Shown: positions 23,573 to 36,974, counted from the stretch's first letter. The stretch is DNA of 64,000 nucleotides from Glaucostegus cemiculus (GCA_976551045.1 CDPCPM010000017.1:4154001-4218000); one strand, 5' to 3'. Program-made: numbers and translations. The notes: a model not told the origin generated them from the letters alone.

Positions 23573-25028
23573 TATTGAATTTTCATTATTTTACCTAATT
23601 ATTCCTAATTCATTTAAATCTTAACCTATTTTTACAAATATGGAATATTCATTTTGTTTTTGCAGTTTAGGTCTCTAATCAACTTTTGTAGACAATTATC
23701 TGCCAAGATCCAAAAGTATACAATAATTGTAATCAACAGACTCATTGGATAGTATCATATTATGCTGGTATATAAAATTTTACAAAAATGAATGTGCTTC
23801 TGCATGACAGTATAATTTATTCAAGAGCTTTCTGTACAATTCTCTGAAATAGTAGAAGAGTGTGCCATAGTACAATTGGTTTGGCATAAACTGATTCACA
23901 ATAAATGCCCTATTAACTTAATTTTTCTGTATTACCTACTGTTTTTCAGCTAGGAGGTTCTAAATAGCATTATTTTTAGTTGTATATAGCATAATTAACT
24001 TTTGATTAATTTGAAGTATTGAACACACTAGAAATTCTTCAAACCATGAAAATATTTTTAAAATGTATTTTCTCCTTCTATCTCCTCATTTTGCAAAGAG
24101 TAAAGAATCCCAGAAAGAGTGCTGGCCAGCAGATTGGGTGATGGGGTGGAATGGGGAAATCATTCCAGCTTCCCAAGAGGGTAATCTCGTTGGATGAAAG
24201 TATTGGGGGGGGGGGGGGTGGAAGGAAGGGACTGGAGGGTGAGGTTGGAAAAATGATGTGGAGAAGGTGCAGGGAGGTCATGAGCTGAGGCAGAGGCAGT
24301 GGAGGCAACCTCTAAGAGTGAGAAGAAAAGAACTTAACTTGAGTAAGGTTGATGTCTTGGACTTACTGGCAGTGATCCAGGTAGGTCTCAAGCCTCTGGT
24401 TAAGACCAAAACTAGTGGTCAATGCTCACTCACTTAACAAGCTTTAGTTGTGCAGTAGAATTTTGCACATGGCATAAATTGGCTTTTGTAGCTCAATGCA
24501 AGCACAGTGGCCAGAGAAAACAAACCAAAAATCTGTAAGTGTGAAATTTTAGATAAAATTCATTCAAGTGAAGCATAAATATATTGCAGGCCATCTGAGA
24601 ATTGTAAGTCTACCAATACTGCAGAAATATGCAACTTAAAAATGTTTTTGGAAATGACAATATCTAATAAATAAAATAAAAGCTCAATGACAAATTTTCA
24701 CGGCTTTTGACATCTTTAGAGCTCAAATGAATTACTGTTAAAAATACAAATGATTTCTCTTGCCTTCTTCTAAAGAAATACATTTCCTCTAAACATTATT
24801 CCAAATTCTGCAGCGCAGATTGCTGTTCTGTATCATGGTCTATTGTCACTTGATTAGCAACAATGCAACCAGCTCCAGTTAATCAGCTTTTCCAATAACA
24901 ATGAAAACAGCATTTGCACATATGAAATTAAAATAATCACAATCAGTTTACTGCCAGAATTAGTATGTTAACAATACCGTTAGTGTGCCTTGTCATTCAA
25001 TGACAAGTGTAAACTCTATACTCTGCAC

Positions 25029-25089
25029 TTCAGTGTGCCATATGAAATGTGTTTCAGTGTGCCATATGAAATGTGTTTCAGTGTGCCAT
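25029..25089. repeat. Perfect 24-bp tandem repeat, 2.5 copies
   Basis: Unit ttcagtgtgccatatgaaatgtgt. Confidence 0.95.
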
Positions 25090-25789
25090 CATGCACTAAA
25101 GGTGAAGGTGTGCTCAGCAGCAAATCCTCTAAAATTCATTAAAAGTTAAGGAGCACACCCTGAACAATACAAAGAATGGTATTCAGCATGCCCCATTCAA
25201 GTGGCAAGATTAGGCAGTGCTTCCTGTAAAATTCAATGAGGTGTATACAGCATTCCATATATAATTCATAAGGAGTGTGTAGCCAAGAGATATGTGACAC
25301 GCCCTGAGTGATCACTGGAAATTACTTACAATATACATAACAGATATAAAACATCCAGATCAAAATGTCCAAAGCAACATTTAGACTATTCAAGCCCCCT
25401 CCCACTCTCCTTCTTTTGACCCTACTGCCATTACTCTCCTTTCTACTCATAACCAGCTTCCCTTAAATGCATCAATACCACTTAGCTCAGCTGCTCCCTG
25501 TGGAAAGGTTGCCCACATTCTCAACATGCTATGGATAGAGGTTTCTTCTGAAATCCCATGCTTGATTTCTTGGTAACAATTATACATTGGTGGCTTCTAA
25601 TTTTTTTGTACTTATGTACTTGACTCAGATTCTAATTTGTTAATGTAAATTTTAGAAGGTGTGGTTCCAGCACTGGTTCACATGGGATGCCATTCACCTT
25701 TGCCACCTTGAATCGCTTCCCATTACATCTACAATCTGCCCTCGCTATTTCAAATATCCCGTCATATATCCAGTCAAGCTGAAAATTAA

Positions 25790-25970
25790 ACAAAAAAACT
25801 GCAGATGCTAGAAATCTGAAATGGGGAAAGAAACAGGGCTGAAGGTTCAGATCGAAGCCCTTTGTTAGCAGGAATCTGAGCAAGGATTTTTGACTGAAAT
25901 GTTAATTCTACTCCTCTTTCCACAGATGCTGCCTGACCTATTGAGTGTTATCGGCATCTTCTGTTTTTAA
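25790..25970. mobile_element. Inverted pair of Penelope terminal repeats
   Basis: aaaactgcagatgctagaaatctg...actgaaatgttaattc...cacagatgctgcctgacctattgagtg. Confidence 0.65.
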
Positions 25971-26374
25971 TCCAGTTATTTTGCTTATTCACTAACTCCG
26001 CACGGACTAATGTTAATCATTGGTCTGTTGTACAATACCATGTGGAGATCCACCACATTAACCTTGTCGGCACTCTCTGTTACTTTGATAAGGAATTCAG
26101 AATTTGATTTTCATTAGCTTTTTTGAATTCCAAGCAGACAATTCATGACTTTACTTACATTTTATTGTCTGTTCTCTTCTGTTGTAGAGATTCCATTATG
26201 TTTGTGCTAGAATGTTAAATGAACTTATCCAAAGTTACACATTCTGTTCCCCCATTGAAAATATGAATGTGGCTTGTCATCTACTCTGCTTGTATATCTC
26301 CTTTCTAACAAATTATTAAATATATGTAACAGAACTTCTCCCTATATTATGTAATAATTTCTCATATTTCCTCA

Positions 26375-26705
26375 CAACATAGAAAGAGACCATTCAGCCC
26401 AGCAAGAATATGCTGGCTCTCGGGGCAATTCCATCAATCCCATTTCCCCCACTTATTTCCCTGTAACACATTCTTTTTCATGTGCCCATCAATTTCCCTC
26501 TGATTCTCTGACAACCCACCTACACTGGGCATGATTTGCTGCAGCCAATTAACCAACCAACCAACACATCTTTGGGATGTAGGAGGAAACTGGAGCATCT
26601 GGGGGAAACCTATATATTCACTAGGGAGAACATGCAAACTCCACAGCACCCAAGGTTGGAATCAAACCCAGCTCAGCAGAGCTATGAGATAGTAGTGTTA
26701 CCTGC
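26375..26705 (-). mobile_element. V-SINE, decayed
   Basis: catctttgggatgtaggaggaaactggagcatctgggggaaacc...gggagaacatgcaaactccacag is the reverse complement of the V-domain; tail accattcagcccagc. Confidence 0.8.
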
Positions 26706-27784
26706 TCTATCAGTCAATGGGAGGTTTCCTTCTATCTGCAAATAGATATTCATCCATTTTGAGGAAAATTAGTTTATTTAATATTTTTATACTTATTTTA
26801 AATGGGATTATATTGTTTCTAATCTTATCTGCTGATGTCAAGTTAACATTGTATCTCTGATAAGTTAATAGGAAGCATGCAGTACCCTGTATAATTCAGT
26901 GAGTATATGGCACACTCTGTGTAATTCAATATGGTGTTTTCAACGCTCCCTATATAACTTAGTCTACAACCTCAAACATATGAGACATATACAACAATAC
27001 AATCATGCATAATTGTAGAATCAACATAGATTTTGAAGGGTGAATTTATGGATGGGTTTTGCATATAATACAAACCTAAGAGCACGTTTTAATCTTAAAG
27101 TCATCCTACCTGGGGACTGCAGTGGGTCTTCTGTATTCTTTTCAGTGTTCTCCTCCTTAATCTGGCATTTTCCTAGGGCTTGTAAATACTCCTCCAATTC
27201 CTCTTGAACTGCCATTTCCATTCTGTTTGCACTGCTGCACAGAAAAAATAAAAACAAGAAGAAATCTCTTCAGAGGCTAAATCTCAAAGATGCTACTTGT
27301 AAGCTTATCGGCTGAAGCCTGCTTTGGATAGTTCTGTAAATTTATATCCTCTCATTAGTCATCTTAAAGTTAGGTCCCAAAAACATGCTGGGGCCACATT
27401 GCTTGCTGCTGGCAGTTTTCATCACCTGGGAGGCAAAAGGACATTTTATCCAGGATTGGAAATAAAATGTGAAAATGACCAAGAAAACAAATTTGCTTGC
27501 ACAAATCTTAAAGAAGGAATACACCATTTATTCCTCAGGTCCAGGAAATTTATTGCAGCCTCTTCACTAGACAGTATTATATGATCTATTGTAATGTATA
27601 ATTGCTGTCTCACTAGAACATGGGTTAATGTGCTTAATTTACTGACTGCATTATCACTTCCCAATCTCAGTTTTTCCATGACAAAAGAAGATAAATGAGG
27701 TCACACATTAGGCACTAAAATCTATGCGCCAGTTGAGGCAGCTCGAGGCCAAGGCAAGTGAAAACACAAGACGTAAAAACAGAC

Positions 27785-27940
27785 TCCTCAGCAGGTCAGT
27801 CAGGCAGCATTCTGTGGAGAGAGAAACAGTTAACGTTTCCAGTCAGTGACTCTTCTGCAGAACTAGAGAATGTGAAAACAATTGATTTTTGTTGGAGGGA
27901 AGGGGAGAACAAAGGGCATATCTGTGAATGGGTGGAGGCC
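27785..27940 (-). mobile_element. Penelope-like terminal repeat
   Basis: ctcagcaggtcagtcaggcagcattctgtggagagagaaacagttaacgtttcc. Confidence 0.65.
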
Positions 27941-28409
27941 ATGATTGTCCAGGTGAAGCACAAGCAGCAGGTTTAAATGGATACCTATGGAACAGTGTAT
28001 CAGATAAACTCTGTCTTGCAAGAAGAATTACAGAGTTACACAGGCAGCAACTGCATTTACCTTACACCTACTTGAAACATAATTTGACCAGCACCACACA
28101 AACCTTGATCTTGTTATCTCTCTATAGGTTTGTACAAAGCAAGCACAGCCTTAATTCCATACCACGTTTTTGTTTGGTGAACGGCCTGATACAATGCATT
28201 GAGAACTAGTACAGAAGACAACATTTCCCTCAAACCACCTGTCGTTCCAGTAGTTGTTGAGTATCCTTTTTCTGATATATTGGCTTCCAGTATGCTGCCA
28301 GGCTGAGAGAGCCTCTGTTCTCTGCCTCAGACAGAAGGAAAACAATAAGCTTTAGACCACCTGGAGATCTGAGACCATTGTGCTCTTCTAAATTGATACA
28401 CAAGAAGGA

Positions 28410-28650
28410 GCACAAGAAAATAGGAGCAGGAGTAGGTCACCCGGTCCCTCAAGCCTGCCCTGCCACCCAGTATGATCAAGGCTAATCTACTCCTGGCCTC
28501 AAATCCTCCTGTGTCAGTTCCATAGCCCTCAATTCCCCAATCGTTCCAAACTTTATCTACCTCCTCTTTAAGTGCCTCCTGTGATCTGGACTCTGCAATA
28601 TAGAAAGTTCCAAAGATTCACTAGCCTCCATGAGAAGAAATTCTTACTGA
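28410..28650 (-). mobile_element. CR1 LINE 3' end
   Basis: cacaagaaaataggagcaggagtaggtcac...ttccaaagattcactagcctccatgagaagaaattctt. Confidence 0.75.
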
Positions 28651-28749
28651 TCACTTTGACCTCTTTTTAAATCATAGTTTACAAAGCAAAAATTACTGGA
28701 GAATTCTGGAATTTTGATAAACTAAATTGTAATATAGTTTAAGAAAATC

Positions 28750-29335
28750 AAAAAATACTGCAATTGCTGTAAGTCTGAAACAAAAACAGAAAACGCTGGA
28801 AACACACAGCAAATCAGGCAGCATTGGTAAAGGGAGAAACAGTTAATGTTTTGGGTCTGGGACCCAAGGATAGGAACCCAGGGATAGGAAGGCATTTGTA
28901 GGACAAAGGAATCCCTCTGATAGGATGAGTCCAAATGGCTTACTGAGGACAGTAACCAGTGCATTAAGCTTCTTTGTGTAATGTGTTGCAAATGGCAATT
29001 AATTGCAGCTGGTCACCCAGCAAGCAAGCCATTTTCTATATGAATAGAAAAAGAAAAGCTGAGCCAATATAACGACAGGCAGAAATTGCCAGTTCTGATT
29101 CATTCATTCATTCAGACAGACAGACAGACAGCTAGTCAGAGAAGCTACAACATACCCAGGCAGAAGATAAGGTTTCGTTCTTCAAGCTTGCATTAGGTCT
29201 CATTTTAATAGTGCAGGAGATTACAGACAGAAATATCAGAGTGCGAGTGAGATGGTGAATTAAAGCAGCAGGCAACTGTATGTTCAGGGTCACTCATGTG
29301 GCCTGAATGCAGGTGGTCTGCAGGAGTAATCACTA
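28750..29335 (-). mobile_element. Penelope-like terminal repeat and GIY-YIG endonuclease end
   Basis: Terminal motif at 28750-28870. The minus strand of about 29150-29190 reads KLEERNLIFCLGM, resembling the PLE C-terminal motif RKLEEQHLIFRLG. Confidence 0.7.
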
Positions 29336-30355
29336 TATGCTACACTGAACCTGTGATTTATTTTTGTTGCATTCTACCTGGAATGAGTATTAGGATAGCC
29401 AAAAGAATTTAAATGAAGCTTGTAAGTTAATATATCCCCAAGACTCATTTCTGAATAAGTGATTTTCCAAATCATGTTACTACCCTCCCACTGAAAATGT
29501 TAAATCTGGGGCATTGGACAACCTATGAACTGGATATTATCTTCTCCCACACAGATAGCCTTGGATGTTAATGTTAACAAAAAGTGGAAGTGATGAAACT
29601 GCTGACCAAAATTAGTTATTGAACTCTCTCTCATTACACACTCTTCTCAATCTTTCTCTTTTAAAAAAAAATGCAAACCAAAAGAAAATAAAAACACTGA
29701 GGCTTGTTAATGACTGAGGGTCTGCAACAGAGCAATAATGTTAAAATAATCTGTAAGAGCAGCAAAATCAACACAGTGCTAGTTGTTACTAGGAAAATGT
29801 ACAGTTGTGATTAAATCCCCTTTATGAGTATAACTCCTTACAGCAAACCAGACTATTTGTCACTTATGCAAATAAGTCAATCATTGCCAATGCAAATTCA
29901 TTTCATCTTGATGACCCCCACCCAGATATACAGTCAACACAGAACCTGCTTAGAAAACAGGAAAGAACATCAGCTCCCAACCCCTGCCTTTCCTCATGTA
30001 AACAATTATCTAAATTCATTGAGATATTTCAGCAAATATTGGTTGGATGTGCACCAATTTTTGCTAAATGGCAGTTTAGCCAGGGGCATTTTAATATCTG
30101 CTCCCCTGCCTATATATTGTACAACAAGAGCATGATTTTTGAGAAGTGCAGTGTAATGTGACAATATTGACCCAGTTGTTTTTATATAAACAGAAGTAAA
30201 ATGGAACCATGTTAATTTCCAAAATTTCAGCTCTAATTTCAGACACCTCAAGTGTTCCTGTATAAAATTTTGTGGGAGGATGATGACTGAATTGGAAGCC
30301 AAGGAGGAAATAAAAGCAAGGAAACTGCTATGGTGGTGGGGACGTTTGTTTTTAG

Positions 30356-30425
30356 TTGGCAAGTGTCACTAATGTCTCATTTGTAGTATGAGACAATTTA
30401 TTTGGCAAGTGTCACTAATGTCTCA
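30356..30425. repeat. Perfect 24-bp direct repeat with a 22-bp spacer
   Basis: ttggcaagtgtcactaatgtctca occurs at 30356-30379 and 30402-30425. Confidence 0.95.
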
Positions 30426-31227
30426 GTAGTGATAGGCATATAGTTCTTCACTCTACAACCAATAATAATATACCACAGAATTAAGTATGTAGAAGCCTTC
30501 AACACTATTGCCCACATCACAGGAAGTGCCCAATTTGAAGCGCTGGCAAGACAGGGATGGTCGCTGAAGAGTTGTCTGGCTGACTAAATGGCAAATATTG
30601 CAAAGTTGCTCTGTCCTGCAAGCTAAACCATTCCAAGTTTGTTGTACTTCCATTTAAAGTCCATCTCTTTACATGCAAATCAAATTCTGATCCAAAGCAA
30701 TTATAAATGAGGGAAACACCCAGCTCATGGTTCCTAGGACAATGAAGATTTTGTTTGGGTGGAATTCCCTAGCAACCCCCTTCTAAGGAAATCCCTGTGT
30801 TACACTACCACATTGTTTCCAGTCTCTTGTCAAGTGAATAAAACAAGATATCCTAATAAGTCAAAAGAACAGGCGTGCCAGAACTGATGACTCTGGTGAA
30901 GCTAAACAGAGCAGGTTGTTTCATGAGTTGGTGTTGTTGAAATTGAATATAGTAGTGTTGATTTTCAAAAAATGTTTCAGTCACCAATGAGCTATGAGAA
31001 CCTTTGAAGAAAAATCATTATCTTTTACAGCTTTAAGAAGTTCAAGCACTCCACTTCTTAACATGTCATTACCAACATTAAAACTCTGCATTTTCTTACC
31101 GATGGGATTCTACTTACCAATGCAGTGTATTCTTTTCCTATACTTCTATGTAATTATGTAGCTACTTCACTGTGTACTCACCTACACTCACACCTGACTT
31201 TACTTGATTTTAAGGTTGACTTGCTTA

Positions 31228-31534
31228 TAAGGTAAAATTCTGATAATCCGGCATCCAATTCTCCAGGAATCCTATTGGTTTAGTATTCGGCTCCCTCATT
31301 AGTCTGGAATGTGGGCCAGGGGTCCAGACTGCGAGCAGGGGGTGCGGCCAGAGTTCTTGTATATTTCCTGCTCCTTCAAATTCACTGAAACATTTTTTAT
31401 ACAATTGTATAAGAAGTTTTAAAAAAAAAGTGAAACAAATGTGTGTCTAGGTTTAACATCCAATAGTCTGGAAAATCTGCTAATCCTACATCGTCAGAGT
31501 CCCAAGGGTGTCAGATTGCTGGAAGTTTACTGAA
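31228..31534. mobile_element. Tigger-like MITE, copy 1
   Basis: Degenerate TIRs gtaaaattctgataatccggca / tgtcagattgctggaagtttactg; the 3' part catccaatagtctggaaaatctgc...cccaagggtg is shared with copy 2. Confidence 0.6.
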
Positions 31535-32345
31535 TCTTTTGGCCTGATTTGGTCCCATTGGCTGATCACTGCTATTGGTGCCGAGATGCAACTCTTAAAA
31601 GAACTGCAGATTCCCCTTAAGAGGGCAAATAACTTATTAGCCAGAAATGCTTGCACAAGAATACTGAAATAAGTGGATACTTTGAATTGGAGGCTTTGTC
31701 ACAAAATACAAGAGAAGTGGGTCTCCACAGTACAACATGTAGCAGGCTAGGAAATCTACCAAAGTAAGGTTAGTAGATGGCAAAGTACAAATGCCTCACA
31801 GATTTCCTCTCACCTTGTTGATCCATGACTCCTCTGGAAACATTGGTCTCAATCTTCTGATGCTACTCTCTCACTAAGGTTGGGACTTATCCACGGTTAT
31901 CCTTAGAAGTCCATGTTTCCAGCACTGCTGGGCTTAAACCAATGGTGGCATCTTCCACCTTCCACCTGGCCTGCCAGTGATGCACCGGCAGACGTCACAG
32001 ACACTGGCAGGGCAGCAGAATTTCCCATGGACTCTCAGGGTAGGAAATCTGCCATCCGCAATCAACACTGGCTGCATGTTCTTGGATGTTTGTTAATATC
32101 AAACACTTCCACTAGCATTTGACAGTCAGTGTACCAGGGGAAGGGCCTCACAAGTAGTCATAGCCATTTCACAAGTTTAAAGGCTGACTGTCTGATATGA
32201 TCTCTGCAGAAAGATTGTGTCCAGGACAACACTGGAGCAAATGGTGCAGGACAAGGCTGGGTGGCCTGTTATTTCAGTGCAACAGGACATCTGTCACACC
32301 CTCTATCCCACACACTCTCTATCACTGTGATAAGACTATGGTTAT

Positions 32346-32704
32346 GGGCAGGCATGGTAGTGTAGCGGTTAGCGTAATGCTTTACAGTGCCAGTGAACCG
32401 GGTTCAATTCCAGATGCTGTCTGTAAGGAGTTTGTACATTCTCCCCGTGTCTGCATGGGTTTCCTCCAGGTGTTCCTGTTTCCTCCCGCATTCCAAAGAC
32501 GTACGGGTTAGGAAGTTGTGGGCGTGCTATGTTGGCACCAGAAGCGTGGCGACACTTGAGGGCTGCCTCCAGAACACTCTATGCAAAAGATGCATTTCAC
32601 TGTTTGTTTCCATGTACATGTGACTAATAAAGATATCTTATCGAATGGTTCCCTTTTTCGCTGTACCTCAGTACAAGTGGCAATAACAAACCAATACCAA
32701 TACC
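32346..32704 (+). mobile_element. V-SINE with a non-CR1 tail plus a second appended LINE tail
   Basis: A-box tagtgtagcgg, B-box ggttcaattcc, V-domain, first tail ...catgtgactaataaagatatcttatc, then ttttcgctgtacctcagtacaagtggcaataacaaaccaataccaatacc. Confidence 0.9.
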
Positions 32705-32835
32705 TTGTGCAAAACACAGGAATAGAAGTTTGTCATATACTTTTTCACACTTTACCTATTTTCCATTAGCTTTAGGATTCAGCAATGTCAAAATGTAATC
32801 ACATTAAAATTACAATGTTTATACCATTCTTGACA

Positions 32836-33225
32836 TAGTAAAACTCAGATTCAGAATTAATAAACTAGTCGATCTCCTGTGGGTCAGGACTGATAACACG
32901 CTATCTGGTTGTTTGGAATTCTCTGATGGTTTGCCATCTGGCTCACTGGGTGCTGCTTCCCACACTCCCTTTAAACTCTCCCGATCTCATTTCCTGTGCT
33001 CCCTTTAAGCTCACTGGGGTCCTGATTCCATCACACTCTTTAAACTCACCAGGTTCATTGGAAAATTTAGTATACTACGATGCAACATATTTTTAGAATG
33101 TGAATTAAAGATGTTTTGGGGTATTAATAAGAGTAACATCCAACAGTCTAGAAAATCTGCCAGTCCAGCATCGCCAAAATCCCAAGGGTGCTAAATTATT
33201 GGAGTTTTAATATCGGAGTTTTTAG
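32836..33225. mobile_element. Tigger-like MITE, copy 2, with internal degenerate minisatellite
   Basis: agtaaaactc...catccaacagtctagaaaatctgc...cccaagggtgctaaattattggagtttt; internal ctccctttaaactc units at about 32965-33050. Confidence 0.6.
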
Positions 33226-35399
33226 AATTGGGACCTAGACCCTCTCCAGCCCCATCTTGTGGTAGAAGATGGATGAGGTGCGACTTTGTCACAGAGTAGT
33301 AATGCACAAATAAGGAGCGAATGGCATGCACGGAAAATGTTTTATATTGTGTAAATAATTACCATACAAAAGAACAATTCATCTGATTCCTGACTGTTCT
33401 GCCTCACTCAGAATGCAGGTTCACAGCTAAGCTGCAATAGTATCCTTGCCTTTACTGTTAGGTCAAACACAGTAATATTGTAAGTAATAGTTTTTTCTAA
33501 CATTAAGTTATTAGTTAATGATGTTTCAGTGTCATAGGATTTACTTCTTTCTTGTATAATTTTGTGAGTAAATAGCTGCCTAAATGGAAACAAAATAAAT
33601 CATAAAGCAAACTTTGGATTTGAGATTTTTCCAGTTTTAGTTATTTACCAAGTTAATTTCTGAAGTGTATTTTTTCCGCAAGCTTCAGGCTAGAAAAGTA
33701 GCTAGATGAAACAGAAACTATTTTGAATGTATGTAAATCTAGCTTATTCATCTATTTATTGGTCTGAACCTGGTTGTGTGAGGCAAAATAGCAAAGGACC
33801 CCTTTAACAGGATCTACAATTGTCAAATGAAGATTATTTGATGGCTACTAACAAGATAAGATTTTACTGGTAGAATCTGTTAATTCAAGCAGTTTATTGA
33901 AGTAAACGTATATTCACAGCTAGTTGTACATTGCCTTCAACGTCAGCAGAGGGTGGACTGCGACAAAGAGAAAGCAGTGAGCTGCCAGAAGCTTGGTTTC
34001 TGTAACACAAAGCTAGTTCATTCTCCTTATATGACTTCGTCACTATTATTTTTCCTTCTGTCCAAACTGTAACATATTGGGAATGAATTTTTGAAGTGAC
34101 GGATTTTTAAATGCACTTAAATGTGTGTGCACATGGGCATGCATGCAACTGAATATGCATTCATGTATATGCTTGTGTAATGTGTGAGTATGTGTTCTGA
34201 ATGTTCATATATCTGTCCTATTATGTTTTATGCAAATGCATTTTGTGTATATGAATTTACATGAATGAAACTATATGTGTATGTATAGTCATCCAAAACT
34301 CTGCTGTCAATATCTGAACTTGGATCAACTCTTCTTCATCACCATTCCCAAGCTACACCAGCTTTTGCACTGACAAGGCCTCAACTTTAAACAGATAGTG
34401 CTTGTTTTAAATTCCTTAAATAGTCTTATTCCACAATCTTGTCATTTTTTTTGTTTGATTACATTTCTGTTAAGCACCTTTGGGAAAATATCATTACTTT
34501 GGAGGTTCTAGGTAAATTTAAGTCATTGTGTGTAAATAAATATGTGTTCATGTAAATGCATGTAGTGGTACCGTGTAGATGTGTGAGTCAATGCAATCAT
34601 TTGGTTGTTTGGATGACACCTGGGTTATTCTAGTGGATTGCATAAATTGTTGGGGGTCAGCTGTGAAACATCAGCGTATTTTGTTTGTACTGCTGACATT
34701 CCACGAACACTGCAAAGAAGTTGCTATGGTTACAGTTTGCGCTTAGTGATGGAGAGAATGGGCATAGTGCCGTTGATATATTTTTAAACTGCCTCTGGCT
34801 CATTAGAAAGTAAGTGTAGTCAGGCTGCTTCCCGCTGTTATTTTTGGATATTGGATGGCTTAGGATATGGGCAGAAGCATCGTAACAAAGATTGATGCTT
34901 CAAACCTTTGGCATTAATGACTGCAAAAATTCAGCAATTTGGCAAGTTATGCAGAATATCAACAGGGAACTTATTTTCTATTGCCCACATAAAATATATT
35001 TCAACAAATGAAATCTGCACTTACACTTCAGCACCAGAAGGTGACAATATCTGAGCGAGACAGTTCTGTGGTATGGATATCCATATGAATCTTGACGACT
35101 GACATTCCACATGGATTTTATGGATTGATGTGGAAGGCCTGAGCATAGCCAGAGGTCCTCCTGATAGGAACTTGAAGGTCTGGATTAAGTACTGTTCCAG
35201 TCTTATCATTGCCCTGGCAGTCCTGGAGAGTTGGACTGATCCATGGCTTAAATGGGAAGTTGGCTGTCATCATAGCTTTGTAACGTACAGGCTCCAAGGT
35301 CAAGAGATAATTTTTCCTGACACCCTCCTTAAAGCCTATAAATATAACAACAACTTTTTGATTTCAATCTGGGTCCTCTGTTGAAACGGCCGAAGGCCA

Positions 35400-35418
35400 C
35401 ACTGCCATCTGTTGGCGG
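35400..35418 (-). promoter_or_regulatory. Candidate CTCF site
   Basis: The minus strand reads ccgCCAACAGATGGCAGTG, one mismatch to the CCASYAGRKGGCRS consensus. Confidence 0.45.
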
Positions 35419-36974
35419 ATTGACCTGACTACGACTTATTGTTCTCACTGGGTCCGGCTATGTAAATAATGTGTCCTCATAATTTGGCTTGAAGATTGTC
35501 ACTCAAGCAGAAGGGAATCAGAACGTCAGAATTTTAGTTCAACAAGGGATTTTACCATGAGAATGAGGATGAGGCTAAAAGTTATTCACCATTGTTTACG
35601 TGGGAAATGCATGCACTTGAGCAGTTTTATGCAGAAACTTGAAGGTTGTTATTCCTGGTGTGATGCACCTCCAAAAACTACCCAATCTATTGGATTCAGC
35701 ATTCTCATACACTGAACAACGTGCCATACACTTTTCCAAAACAGCCCAGCAGAAATTGAAGATTATCCATTTCCTTGTCCCTATCATCTCAACGTGTGGC
35801 TGGCATTAATTCCTGCTAAAACTAATTGAATACCTTGGTTAAGGAGATACTTATGCTTACAAGTTAGCACATACTTCTGATGCACTAAACATAAGCTAGA
35901 GTTGGCACTAGCTCCAGATTTGGAGTCACCACAAAAACAGAGTCAAGTGTCAGAGGGATTGTGATGGAATTGAGGATGAACCAGGGATAAATATCCCACC
36001 CACTTCCCAAAATGCGATCGTTTGAAACATAAGCAGTTTCATTTTAATTGTAAAGGCAATGACCCAACAACGTGTCTTTAAATCCCATAATGTTCATTAC
36101 TTTGTATGGTGCACTTCTTGTTGAACCGTGCATTACCAACACAGGTCATAAATCTTGATAATGACAGAAATCGGATCATTAAGCAAATAAAGCTCACTAT
36201 GCACATTGATAATTTAATTACATGTACCAAATAATACAAGGAAATACCATCAACATAAGGGTAAGTCATATCCGGAAGTGCCTGGTCCAATTTCCCAATG
36301 GGCAAGATTTCATTCGGAAATATTTGCAGTTACTTTGATCTGATATTACTGAAGGAAATGCTGAGTTTGGACAGCTGTTACATCATCTACATACAATCAA
36401 ATAGTGAACAAACATCTACCTTAAATGTATGGTACAGTGAGGTCACATCATGTTGAAAGCTACAAGTTTAACAAGCTTCTTAAACATCAGGTCCATGATA
36501 TCAGAAGTCGCAGTGTGGTCCTGACTACAGATGCCATGCTGGCACAATTAAGAAAGGGAAGAATAGAATTCAGACCTCCTTTATGAAATCGATCCAGCAT
36601 GACACATTTTCTCTAAGCATTGTTTTGGAAGCAAGGATTCATTACTGATTGATGAAGCCAAGGAGTTCCAAGGACTTCCACAGAAGCCATATCCAGTGTC
36701 AGCATATAAAAGCTCCTTGAACTGTTCAAGTGTCATCCCTGAAATGTGTGCTGTGGCTGGCAAACTGGTATCTCCACTGCAGATCTCATGATCTCTGCTT
36801 TCACAGGAGCTGGTGTAGTTCTGCAGGTGAAGGCTTACACTGGCACAAAGTGCAGACTGGGGGAACCGACGTTGAACTCAAACAGTGAATGGCTCCGATA
36901 CATACCCAGGTATGCACTGTTCACAAAAACCTGGACAAATCTAATCCAGCTCATTCAGTCCCCTCTCAAGTATC

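Noticed and set aside
30356-30425. Repeat-spacer-repeat resembling a mini CRISPR array
   Set aside because: Only two repeats, in vertebrate context with no cas genes; better explained as a local duplication.
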